A stretch of DNA of 64,000 nt from Thermodesulfobacteriota bacterium (GTDB lineage Bacteria; Desulfobacterota_D; UBA1144; Nemesobacterales; UBA2774), in contig OZ244197.1 of assembly GCA_965216785.1 (NCBI GenBank), positions 2,508,349-2,572,348 of the forward strand. The letters are read 5' to 3'. The translations under genes and the position numbers were made by a program. Of the stretch, positions 18,441-27,765 are shown in pieces. Positions within the stretch are counted from its first letter, which is position 1, and the number at the start of each line of letters is the position of its first letter. The notes under the pieces are model-generated. The model saw only the letters and a list, made by a program, of their open reading frames with translations, made no database searches and was not told the origin of the DNA.

Positions 18441-19535
18441 TTAATTCTTATTTTCGTAAGTAACTCTGTATATAGAGCCTGTAAAATCATCCGAAATATA
18501 AAGCTCACCTTCCCCTCCCACTAAGACATCTACGGGTCTTCCCGTGCGCTTACCGCCCTTGAGCCAGCCGCTCGCAAAATCCTTCACCTCAACAGGCTTC
18601 CCGTCTTTCATGCTTACACGTACTACCTTATACCCCGTAGGCACCGTACGGTTCCAGGAGCCGTGATAGGCAATAAATAAATCGCCCTTATAATCATCCG
18701 GAAACATAGCGCCCTCATAAAACGTGAGGCCGAGCGGAGCGGAATGCGCTTGAAGCTCAACCGCAGGCGCAATAGTGTCGACGCACTTTTTGGGATCGTC
18801 ATAGTCAGGGTCTGGTATCTTGTCCCCGTAACAGTATGGCCAACCATAGTCCTTTCCCTCTCTTACTATATTCACTTCATCAGGGGGAAGGTTATCACCC
18901 AGCCAGTCCCTTCCGTTATCAGTAGCCCAAAGCTCCCCTGTAGCCCCATGCCATGTAAGCCCGACCGAATTTCTGAGACCTGTGGCATATATCTCAAAAC
19001 CCGTTCCATCCGGATTAAAGCGCATTATGGTTGCGCGCCTTTTATCTTCTTCTATGCATACGTTGCACGTAGAGCCCATAGACAGATACATCTTTTTGTC
19101 GGGACCGAACCCAAGAGTCTTTGTAAAGTGCCCCTTTGTCGGAAGCCCCGGTATAAGTATCTCTTTCTCACCAGGGGACTTGTCCGCGCCCTCATATTTA
19201 AACCTGACCACTTGATCCGTCTCGCCAACATAAAGATAACCGTCATGAAATGCAATACTGTTCGGCCTCTTAAGCCCTGTAGCAAATTTATTAACACTGT
19301 CAGAGCGCCCGTCGCCGTTTTTATCTGGCAGCGCTATAACCGCGCCCCCGCCCATGTCGGCCACGAACAGCACTCCGTCCGGGCTCATAGCCATAAACCT
19401 CGGGTTATCCATACCCCCCGCGTATTCCTCTATCTTAAATCCCCCGGGCAGATTGATTTCATCCAGGGAAGAATATGCATCAATTGGCAATATGACAGAT
19501 ATGGTCAATATAAAGTATATTAAACGTATTCTCAT
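18441..19535 (-). CDS. Glucose/sorbosone dehydrogenase family (PQQ beta-propeller) protein
   Basis: YATGLRNSVG, DNGRDWLGDNLPPDEVN, YGWPYC, AHSAPLGLTFY, GRPVDV. Confidence 0.85.
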   Translation of the reverse strand: MRIRLIYFILTISVILPIDAYSSLDEINLPGGFKIEEYAGGMDNPRFMAMSPDGVLFVADMGGGAVIALPDKNGDGRSDSVNKFATGLKRPNSIAFHDGYLYVGETDQVVRFKYEGADKSPGEKEILIPGLPTKGHFTKTLGFGPDKKMYLSMGSTCNVCIEEDKRRATIMRFNPDGTGFEIYATGLRNSVGLTWHGATGELWATDNGRDWLGDNLPPDEVNIVREGKDYGWPYCYGDKIPDPDYDDPKKCVDTIAPAVELQAHSAPLGLTFYEGAMFPDDYKGDLFIAYHGSWNRTVPTGYKVVRVSMKDGKPVEVKDFASGWLKGGKRTGRPVDVLVGGEGELYISDDFTGSIYRVTYENKN

Positions 19536-19585
19536 AAGTGATAAGCTCTTACCAAGTTTTCTTTTTTCCGGACATAAAATCCGAT

Positions 19586-20311
19586 TTATTCCATATCAAG
19601 CTGTTTTTCTAGATCGAGCAGCATATCTAAGTCAAAAGTCTGCTCAAACACATTTACTGTTTTAGTATGCCTTCTGTTAAAGACTTGTGAAAATGCCCTT
19701 ACTACGGAATCCTCCGCGTCCGTCATATCGATCTCACCCCTTTTTGCGAGCCATCTCTGTACGGAGGTCATTTGAACGTCAGGGATGCCGCAAGGCACAA
19801 TCTTATCAAAATAACTGAGGTCAGTGTTCACGTTTAACGCGAACCCGTGATAGGTAATCCAGCGTTTCACCCCAACTCCGATTGAGGCGATTTTATGCCA
19901 CTTCACCCATACCCCGGTTACATCCTCAATCCTTCTTGCTTTTATACTGTAATCTTCAAGCGCGGAAATTATCACCTCTTCCAAAGCCCTCAAGTACTTG
20001 TGTACGTCCCGTCCCATATTGCTTAGGTCCATAATAGGGTAGCCCACCAGCTGCCCCGGGCCGTGAAAAGTTATATCGCCGCCCCTGCTGATTACCTCAA
20101 GCTTAATCCCTTCTTTTGCAAGATACTCTTCAGCCGCTAGTAAATTTCCCATATTACCGCGCCTACCGATGGTGAAAGTGGGGGGATGCTCGAGCAACAA
20201 AAGGGTATCTTCTATCTCACCCTTCTTTCTTCGCTCCAATAGATCGAGCTGAATCCCAAGAGCCTTATCATAAGGCACGAGCCCGAGCTTATATACCTTA
20301 AAATTATCCAT
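19586..20311 (-). CDS. lipB: Lipoyl(octanoyl) transferase
   Basis: LLLEHPPTFTIG, SRGGDITFHGPGQLVGYPI, KIASIG, HGFALN, IVPCG. Confidence 0.93.
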   Translation of the reverse strand: MDNFKVYKLGLVPYDKALGIQLDLLERRKKGEIEDTLLLLEHPPTFTIGRRGNMGNLLAAEEYLAKEGIKLEVISRGGDITFHGPGQLVGYPIMDLSNMGRDVHKYLRALEEVIISALEDYSIKARRIEDVTGVWVKWHKIASIGVGVKRWITYHGFALNVNTDLSYFDKIVPCGIPDVQMTSVQRWLAKRGEIDMTDAEDSVVRAFSQVFNRRHTKTVNVFEQTFDLDMLLDLEKQLDME

Positions 20312-20414
20312 TACTATATTTTAGCCTGAAAACATACCACACGTAAGGGTTTTTAATTAAAAACTGAAATAGAAGAGATTCTCTAGGTAGGAATTAAAGG
20401 AAGAGTCGTGGCAG

Positions 20415-21890
20415 CTATATATTCCTTGCCCGTCCCATAGCAGCCAGCGCGGCCTCCATAACAGCCTCTGAAAGAGTAGGGTGGGCATGGGATGTGACGG
20501 CTATTTCGTAAGGAGTAGTCTCAAGCGTTCTTCCTACGGCAACTTCGGCTATTAGCTCTGTTGCTCCGTGTCCTATTATATGAGTACCCAGTATTTCTCC
20601 CGTTTTTTTATCCGATATCATCTTTACAAACCCATCTGTCTCGCCTGTGCCTACAGCTTTACCTACGGCTTTAAACGGGAATTTCCCGACGCTGTACTCA
20701 TAACCTTTTTCCTTCACTTCCTCTTCTGTCATTCCAAGGGTAGCAATCTCGGGCTGGCAGTATACACATCCCGGAATGTTTCCGTAGTGTACTTTACTCT
20801 TAAGCCCCGCCATCATCTCAACGGCAGCTACACCCTCTTCAGAAGCTTTATGCGCAAGCAGGGGTGGCCCGATTACGTCCCCTATAGCGTAAATATTACT
20901 AGAAGTAGTCATATATGAATCATCTGTTTTAATAAACCCCCGCTCATCTAGCTCGATTCGCGCGTCGCTTAAGCCGATATCACCTGTTTTCTTATAAAAG
21001 CTAAGAGATGTGGGAGCGTCATTAGCTACCGGGCGTCTCCCGACAGCCACAAGCACCATCGATGCTGAAACCGTGGATTCAGTGCCCTTTTTAATGTCTT
21101 CAAGTATTACATCAACTGTTTTACGTTTCTTGTTGATATCTTTATATTTTGTGCCGGTCATAATGGTCATTCCACTTTTCTTAAACGACCTTTCAAGATC
21201 TCTAGCTACATCTCTATCCGCACCAGGCAGCAGATGATCCATCATTTCGACTATCGTCACCTTACTTCCGAACGAATTATATACATACGCGAACTCAGCC
21301 CCTATATACCCGCCTCCGATTACAACAACAGAGGGCGGCACTTCAGGATGAAAAATCGCCTCATCGCTTGTCATTACCAGCTTTCCGTCTACTTCAAGAC
21401 CCGGAAGCGTTACCGGGACAGACCCGGTTGCGATTAATATTTTCTCTGTATCGATCTCAACCTGATCCTTCTCGCCCGTAACCCCGACCTTGCCGTTTGT
21501 TATTATCTTTCCAACACCGTTAAACAGTGTGATTTTGTTTTTGTTAAAAAGGTACTCAACCCCTTTTGTGAGCTTATCCGACGCGCCCCTGCTCTTATCG
21601 ATAACTTTAGAGAAGTCATAAGAAAGTCCTTTATGTGTTATACCGAACTCACTGGATTTCTTGAAATATTCATAAACTTCCGCGCATTTTAATATGGATT
21701 TTGACGGTATACATCCCCAATTGAGACATACGCCGCCCGGTCTGTCGCGCTCTATTATAGCGACCTTCATTCCAAGCTGCGCGGCTCTGATAGCTCCAAT
21801 ATATCCCCCGGGTCCCGATCCAATAACTGTTAAATCGAATTTTTCCATAGTAGGAGTTATTATATATTCAATCGCTTTAGCGTCAATCAA
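20415..21890 (-). CDS. lpdA: Dihydrolipoyl dehydrogenase (E3), copy 1
   Basis: GSGPGGY, GGVCLNWGCIPSK redox disulfide, HAHPTLSEA. Confidence 0.92.
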   Translation of the reverse strand: MIDAKAIEYIITPTMEKFDLTVIGSGPGGYIGAIRAAQLGMKVAIIERDRPGGVCLNWGCIPSKSILKCAEVYEYFKKSSEFGITHKGLSYDFSKVIDKSRGASDKLTKGVEYLFNKNKITLFNGVGKIITNGKVGVTGEKDQVEIDTEKILIATGSVPVTLPGLEVDGKLVMTSDEAIFHPEVPPSVVVIGGGYIGAEFAYVYNSFGSKVTIVEMMDHLLPGADRDVARDLERSFKKSGMTIMTGTKYKDINKKRKTVDVILEDIKKGTESTVSASMVLVAVGRRPVANDAPTSLSFYKKTGDIGLSDARIELDERGFIKTDDSYMTTSSNIYAIGDVIGPPLLAHKASEEGVAAVEMMAGLKSKVHYGNIPGCVYCQPEIATLGMTEEEVKEKGYEYSVGKFPFKAVGKAVGTGETDGFVKMISDKKTGEILGTHIIGHGATELIAEVAVGRTLETTPYEIAVTSHAHPTLSEAVMEAALAAMGRARNI

Positions 21891-22094
21891 TTCAACTCAA
21901 ATCCCGCTCTCCGCAGCCCACGCTTCAATCAAACATGAAAGGTATTATGAACCTGTTATGCTGGTAATTTACTCTAATATTGAGATTATCATTGACTTGT
22001 TTTGAGGCCTTGCTGTAATATTTCAATGGGGGGTGGTTAACGGCAGGGCCGGGGCTAAATACAAAGGGGTTCTGTACACTATTAAGGGCAAGAT

Positions 22095-24779
22095 ATGCAA
22101 AAGAAAAAAGACGCTGAAATTAGAAAATCCCAAATTGAAGAGCAGGAGAACCGTGAATGGTTTGAATCACTAGACTACGTGCTCAGCTCCGGCGGCCCTG
22201 AGAGAGCGGAAAGGCTTTTGAAAGAGCTTCAGACACACGCTCAGAAAAGCGGATTGAAGCTTCCTTTCTCTGCCAATACTCCTTACATCAATACGATTCC
22301 CGTAGAAGAACAGCTCCCTTACCCCGGTGACCCGGCGATAGAATGGAACATCAGGAGCCTAATACGATGGAACGCTATGGCTATGGTGGTTCGCGCGAAT
22401 AAGATTGAAGAGGGAATAGGAGGACACATTTCCACATTTGCCTCAGCGGCAGCGCTATACGACGTTGCTTTTAACCATTTTCTGAGGGGAAGGACCGAAG
22501 ATCATGAGGGAGACATCGTATATATACAGGGGCACGCCGCTCCCGGGATTTACGCAAGGGCGTATCTTGAAGGAAGGCTAAGCATCGAGGATCTTCAGAA
22601 CTTCAGACAAGAAACCGGACCTAATTCAGGGCTTTCATCATACCCTCATCCATGGCTCATGCCCGATTTTTGGCAGTTCCCTACTGTGTCGATGGGCTTA
22701 AGCCCCATCATGGCCATCTATCAGGCCCGCTTCAACCGCTACCTCGAAGACAGGGGAATCAAGAAACCCTCAGACGCAAAGGTCTGGGCCTTTCTTGGAG
22801 ACGGTGAGTGCGACGAGCCTGAATCACTCGGAGCCATCACGCTGGCTTGTAGGGAGATGCTTGACAACCTGATTTTCGTAGTCAACTGTAACCTCCAGCG
22901 TCTGGACGGTCCTGTAAGGGGAAACGGGAAAATAATCCAGGAGCTCGAAGCCATATTCAGGGGCGCGGGCTGGAACGTCATAAAATTAATATGGGGAAGC
23001 AACTGGGACCCGCTGCTCGCGAAAGATAAAACAGGGGTTCTGAAAAGACGGATGGCCGACGCGCTGGACGGCGATTATCAAAAATACTCCGTTGCCTCGG
23101 GCGAATATATTCGCAGCCATTTTTTCGGGAGAGAGCCCGAGCTGCTTGAGATGGTCAAGGACCTCACGGACGAACAGCTCCAGAAGCTAAGGCGCGGCGG
23201 ACACGACCCGGAAAAGATATACTCAGCATACAAGATGGCTGTTGAGAACAAAGGCTCTCCCACAGTGATACTCGCCAAAACGATCAAGGGATACGGACTC
23301 GGCGAGGCCGGCGAAGGCAGGAACATCACCCACCAGCAGAAAAAGCTGAACGAAGATGAGCTGAGGATCTTTAAGACCCGTTTCGATATTCCAATATCGG
23401 ATGAAGACGTAGCCAGAGCGCCATTCTATAAACCTCCTAAAAGCAGCCCTGAAATAAAATATTTACTCAAAAGAAGAAAAGACCTGGGGGGCTTTCTACC
23501 CAAAAGAGAAATAAGCGGTCCCACCGTAAAACCCCCGTCCGACAAGGTGTTCGATGAGTTCTATAAAGGCTCGGGGAAGAGGGAGTTCGCAACCACTATG
23601 GCTGTTGTGCGGATGATCAGCAAGCTCCTAAAGGATAAAAATATAGGCAAGTACATAGTACCCATCATCCCTGACGAAGCGCGTACGTTCGGCATGGAGT
23701 CGCTCTTCAGGCAGGTGGGCATATATTCCCACGTTGGGCAGCTCTACGAGCCTGTAGACGCTGAAACACTTCTATATTATAAAGAAGCCGTGGACGGACA
23801 GATACTGGAAGAAGGTATTACGGAGGCAGGCTCCATGTCCTCATTCATAGCTGCAGGCACATCATACGCAACACATGGGATCGATATGATACCGTTTTTT
23901 ATTTATTACTCGATGTTCGGTTTTCAAAGAATCGGCGATCTGGTCTGGGCCGCGGGCGATATGAAGACAAAGGGGTTTTTACTGGGAGGCACTTCCGGGC
24001 GCACGACTCTTGCTGGTGAGGGACTACAGCACCAGGACGGCCAGAGCCACCTGCTGGCGTACCCTGTGCCGAACCTTAAAGCCTACGACCCGGCGTTCGC
24101 GTATGAGCTTGCAGAGATCATCCGTGACGGTATAAAACGCATGTACGTTGACCGTAAAGACCTGTTCTATTACATAACGGTTATGAATGAGCCTTACCTC
24201 CATCCCCCGATGCCCGAAGGCGCAAGGGACGGGATATTGAAAGGTATGTATAAATTCAGAGAGGCTGAAGACGAGAAAGCCGAGCTCAGGGCGCAGCTAT
24301 TCGGAAGCGGGGCGATCCTGAACGAAGTGCTCCGCGCGCAGGAAGTACTCCAGGAAAAATACGGAGTTTCAGCGGACGTCTGGAGCGTCACTAGCTACAA
24401 GGAGCTATACCGTGACGGTCTTGAAAAAGAGCGCTGGAATATGCTCCATCCATCAGAGATAAAGAGGGTACCGTATATAAGTGAGTGCGTTAAAGACTCA
24501 CCCGGGGTATTCGTCGCTGCTTCTGACTACGTAATGGCTCTTCCGGACTCAATATCACAGTGGCTTCCGCGCCCTCTGGTAACACTCGGTACGGACGGCT
24601 ACGGACGCAGCGGAAGCCGTAGGGGACTCAGGGACTTCTTTGAGGTTGACTGGCGCTACGTAACACTTGCGGTACTGGCATCGCTCACGTGGGAGAAAAA
24701 GATTAAAACGGACGTCGTAGAAAAAGCGATTAAGGAGCTTGAAATTAATCCCAGCAAAGCAAATCCCATATTATCTTAG
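22095..24779 (+). CDS. aceE: Pyruvate dehydrogenase E1, homodimeric type
   Basis: IRWNAMAMV, GGHISTFAS, LSSYPHPWLMPDFWQFPTVSMGL, GDGECDEPES, EGLQHQDG. Confidence 0.96.
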   Translation: MQKKKDAEIRKSQIEEQENREWFESLDYVLSSGGPERAERLLKELQTHAQKSGLKLPFSANTPYINTIPVEEQLPYPGDPAIEWNIRSLIRWNAMAMVVRANKIEEGIGGHISTFASAAALYDVAFNHFLRGRTEDHEGDIVYIQGHAAPGIYARAYLEGRLSIEDLQNFRQETGPNSGLSSYPHPWLMPDFWQFPTVSMGLSPIMAIYQARFNRYLEDRGIKKPSDAKVWAFLGDGECDEPESLGAITLACREMLDNLIFVVNCNLQRLDGPVRGNGKIIQELEAIFRGAGWNVIKLIWGSNWDPLLAKDKTGVLKRRMADALDGDYQKYSVASGEYIRSHFFGREPELLEMVKDLTDEQLQKLRRGGHDPEKIYSAYKMAVENKGSPTVILAKTIKGYGLGEAGEGRNITHQQKKLNEDELRIFKTRFDIPISDEDVARAPFYKPPKSSPEIKYLLKRRKDLGGFLPKREISGPTVKPPSDKVFDEFYKGSGKREFATTMAVVRMISKLLKDKNIGKYIVPIIPDEARTFGMESLFRQVGIYSHVGQLYEPVDAETLLYYKEAVDGQILEEGITEAGSMSSFIAAGTSYATHGIDMIPFFIYYSMFGFQRIGDLVWAAGDMKTKGFLLGGTSGRTTLAGEGLQHQDGQSHLLAYPVPNLKAYDPAFAYELAEIIRDGIKRMYVDRKDLFYYITVMNEPYLHPPMPEGARDGILKGMYKFREAEDEKAELRAQLFGSGAILNEVLRAQEVLQEKYGVSADVWSVTSYKELYRDGLEKERWNMLHPSEIKRVPYISECVKDSPGVFVAASDYVMALPDSISQWLPRPLVTLGTDGYGRSGSRRGLRDFFEVDWRYVTLAVLASLTWEKKIKTDVVEKAIKELEINPSKANPILS

Positions 24780-24854
24780 ATCAACTTACGCGTCAGCTGT
24801 GGATGTAATACATCATGGAACTGATAGGGCAACAGACTAAAGGGCGGAAGCGAA

Positions 24855-26282
24855 ATGACGATTGAATATAAACTACCGGAATTAGGTGAAGACATTGAGA
24901 CGGGAGAGGTTGTAAGCGTATACGTCTCTCCCGGCGACTCGGTCGCGGAAGAACAGCCGCTTATGGAGATCGAGACCGATAAGGCCGCAATTGAAGTCCC
25001 TTCTCCCGCAGCGGGTGTGATTAAATCAGTGCACGTCGCGGACGGCGAGACTATACAGGTTGGCCAGCTGCTCGTGACGATAGAAGACGGTCAAGGCAAC
25101 GGAAAGGAAGCTGAGACAGTACCGGCTTCAAAGGAAGAAGTAGTAGAAGCAGAAATAAAAGAACCTGAGAAGGAAATAAAAAAGGAAGAGACAGATGAGA
25201 CCGCTCTTGAACTTGATTTTAATAAGAAAAAAGCAAAAGCAGAAGAAGAGGAAGAGATAGAAACCGCACCTGTCCCGGAAGAAGAAAAGAAAACTGAGGA
25301 AAAAGAAGAACCTGAAGAAGAAAAAGAAGTAAAAGCAACCGAGATTAAAAAAGCCCCATCACAGCTGGTTCCGGCTTCACCTACGGTGAGAAGACTTGCC
25401 CGGGAGCTTGGGATCGATATTAACACAGTCACAGGCACAGGGCCCGGAGGGCGTATTTCCGAAGCGGACCTGCGGGCAGGCACCGGCACCGAGAAGAAAA
25501 CGAAAGCGCCTGTTACTAAAACTCCGGCACCCGCAAACAAGACACCTGATAAAACAAAAACAGAGACCAAACCAAAGCCCGGCAAGCAAGAGCGCGTGAA
25601 GATGTCCAAGGTAAGAAGGCTTACAGCTGAGCGGCTTACTGACGCCTGGAAAGCCCCGCACGTAACCCAGTACGACAAGGCGGATATTACAGAGCTTGAG
25701 GGTCTCAGAAAACAGTTCGGGAAGTCCGTAGGCAAGGCCGGCGGCAAGCTCACCATGACATCTATTCTCATTAAAGTCGTGGCCAAAACACTAAAAGAAT
25801 TCCCTGAGGTAAACGCGAGCGTCGACATGGAAAACAGTGAAATCGTATACAAGCATTTCTATAACATAGGCATTGCGGTAGATACAGAGAGAGGTCTTCT
25901 GGTACCTGTCGTTAAAGACGCGGATAAAAAGAATATTACAGAGCTGTCTGTGGAGCTTGCGGATATTTCCGAGCGCGCCCGGACAAAGAAAATTACAGCT
26001 GACGAGTTGAGGGGCGGCACGTTTACCATCACCAACCTTGGAGGCATAGGAGGCACGTATTTCTCCCCTGTTCTGAACGCGCCCGAGGTAGGCATACTGG
26101 GGGTTTCGCGCTCACAGATGGAGCCCGTATACGTGGAAGAGGAGTTTGTCCCAAGACTCATGCTCCCGCTTTCACTTTCCTACGACCACAGGCTCGTAGA
26201 CGGAGCAAACGCCATCAGGTTCCTGCGCCGGGTGATCGAGAGGCTAGAAGAGCCCCACAGCTGGTTCCTTAAGGTAAATTGA
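24855..26282 (+). CDS. aceF: Dihydrolipoamide acetyltransferase E2 (one lipoyl domain)
   Basis: Lipoyl motif IETDKAAIEVPS, E3-binding ASPTVRRLARELGIDI, catalytic SYDHRLVDG. Confidence 0.92.
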   Translation: MTIEYKLPELGEDIETGEVVSVYVSPGDSVAEEQPLMEIETDKAAIEVPSPAAGVIKSVHVADGETIQVGQLLVTIEDGQGNGKEAETVPASKEEVVEAEIKEPEKEIKKEETDETALELDFNKKKAKAEEEEEIETAPVPEEEKKTEEKEEPEEEKEVKATEIKKAPSQLVPASPTVRRLARELGIDINTVTGTGPGGRISEADLRAGTGTEKKTKAPVTKTPAPANKTPDKTKTETKPKPGKQERVKMSKVRRLTAERLTDAWKAPHVTQYDKADITELEGLRKQFGKSVGKAGGKLTMTSILIKVVAKTLKEFPEVNASVDMENSEIVYKHFYNIGIAVDTERGLLVPVVKDADKKNITELSVELADISERARTKKITADELRGGTFTITNLGGIGGTYFSPVLNAPEVGILGVSRSQMEPVYVEEEFVPRLMLPLSLSYDHRLVDGANAIRFLRRVIERLEEPHSWFLKVN

Positions 26283-26316
26283 TGGACATACTATATAGTG
26301 CATCACCGGAATACTC

Positions 26317-27744
26317 ATGAGCGATAAAAAAAACTCTACAGACGTTGTTATTGTCGGCGCGGGCCCGGGGGGTTATCCGTGCGCTTTTCTTGCCGCGGAC
26401 TTGGGTCTCAAAGTCACTTTGATAGACCCCGAGGAGAACCCGGGCGGAGTGTGTCTCTACAGAGGGTGTATCCCCTCAAAAGCGCTACTTCACTCCGCGA
26501 AAGTAATCACGGAAGCAGAGCATGCATCGAGCTTAGGCATCGAGTTCGGCAAGCCGAAAATAAATATAGAAAAACTAAGGGGCTGGAAAGAGCAGGTAGT
26601 GCAAAAGCTCGTACGAGGGCTGGGACAGCTCTCAAAGCAGCGCAATATTTCCTACATTAGGGGAAGAGCGGAGTTCAAGGATTCAAACACGCTGATTATT
26701 AAAAAAGAGGACGGTGGGGAAGATGAGCTGACATTTAAGCGCGCGGTCATCGCAACCGGCTCCCGCCCGTCCACTATTCCCTCATTCCCGAAGTCCCCGG
26801 ACATCCTTAATTCCACTACGGCTCTCGACCTCCCGGAGATTCCGGAGACAATGTTAGTGGTAGGCGGCGGGTACATAGGGCTCGAGCTCGGAACTGTTTA
26901 CTCATCTCTTGGAACCAGTGTATCTGTCGTCGAGATGACCTCTGGACTTATGCCCGGAGTGGACAGGGATTTGGTTCGCGTTCTCCAAAAGAGCTCGGAG
27001 AGTATTTTCAAGGAAATAATGCTAGATACAAAGGTAGTTGGAATTGAGGAAGCAGGGAATGGTTTAACAGTCAGCTTTGAAGGTAAAGACGGTGAGAAGA
27101 CACAAAATAGTTTTGATAAAGTGCTGGTTTCAGTGGGCAGAAAGCCAAACTCTGAAGAGCTTGGGCTTGAGAATACCAATATAGAGATCGACAAAGCAGG
27201 GTTCATTAAGGTAAATGAGGAGAGGGAAACTACCGAGCCCGGGATATACGCCATCGGAGATGTTGCGGGCGAGCCGATGCTAGCTCACAAAGCAACGCAC
27301 GAAGGCAGGGTAGTGGCAGAGGTACTCGCAGGGAAACCGCATACTTTTAACCCCGCCGCGATACCGGCAGTGGTCTTTACCGACCCGGAGATCGCATGGT
27401 GCGGCCTTACCGAAACCGAAGCCAAAGAAAATAAAATCTCTGTAAAAGTAGCCCGCTTCCCCTGGGGCGCGTCCGGCAGGGCAAAAACACTTGACCGTCA
27501 GGACGGCGCCACAAAGCTCCTGGTAGACCCGGATACAGAGCGGGTGCTCGGTATGGGCATAGTAGGCCCGGGAGCCGGAGAGCTGATAGCCGAAGGCGTG
27601 CTTGCCATAGAGATGGCGGCCCTCGCCTCAGACATCGAGCTCAGCATACACCCCCATCCCACATTGTCAGAGACCGTTATGGAATCCGCAGAGGTTTTCT
27701 ACGGTCACAGCACACACGTATATAAACCAAAGAGGAACCGTTAG
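26317..27744 (+). CDS. lpdA: Dihydrolipoyl dehydrogenase (E3), copy 2
   Basis: GAGPGGY, GGVCLYRGCIPSK, IHPHPTLSET. Confidence 0.93.
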   Translation: MSDKKNSTDVVIVGAGPGGYPCAFLAADLGLKVTLIDPEENPGGVCLYRGCIPSKALLHSAKVITEAEHASSLGIEFGKPKINIEKLRGWKEQVVQKLVRGLGQLSKQRNISYIRGRAEFKDSNTLIIKKEDGGEDELTFKRAVIATGSRPSTIPSFPKSPDILNSTTALDLPEIPETMLVVGGGYIGLELGTVYSSLGTSVSVVEMTSGLMPGVDRDLVRVLQKSSESIFKEIMLDTKVVGIEEAGNGLTVSFEGKDGEKTQNSFDKVLVSVGRKPNSEELGLENTNIEIDKAGFIKVNEERETTEPGIYAIGDVAGEPMLAHKATHEGRVVAEVLAGKPHTFNPAAIPAVVFTDPEIAWCGLTETEAKENKISVKVARFPWGASGRAKTLDRQDGATKLLVDPDTERVLGMGIVGPGAGELIAEGVLAIEMAALASDIELSIHPHPTLSETVMESAEVFYGHSTHVYKPKRNR

Positions 27745-27765
27745 CTTTCTATAACAGGCCGGACC

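Noticed and set aside
18744-19523. 259-aa + strand ORF
   Set aside because: Lies entirely antisense to the sorbosone dehydrogenase-family gene and has no motifs.
21978-21996. Second Fur-box-like site between lpdA and aceE
   Set aside because: Only 13/19 matches in AT-rich DNA, and it overlaps a likely -35 element.
25091-25852. 253-aa Ser/Phe-rich antisense ORF
   Set aside because: Shadow of the Glu/Lys-rich aceF linker on the opposite strand.
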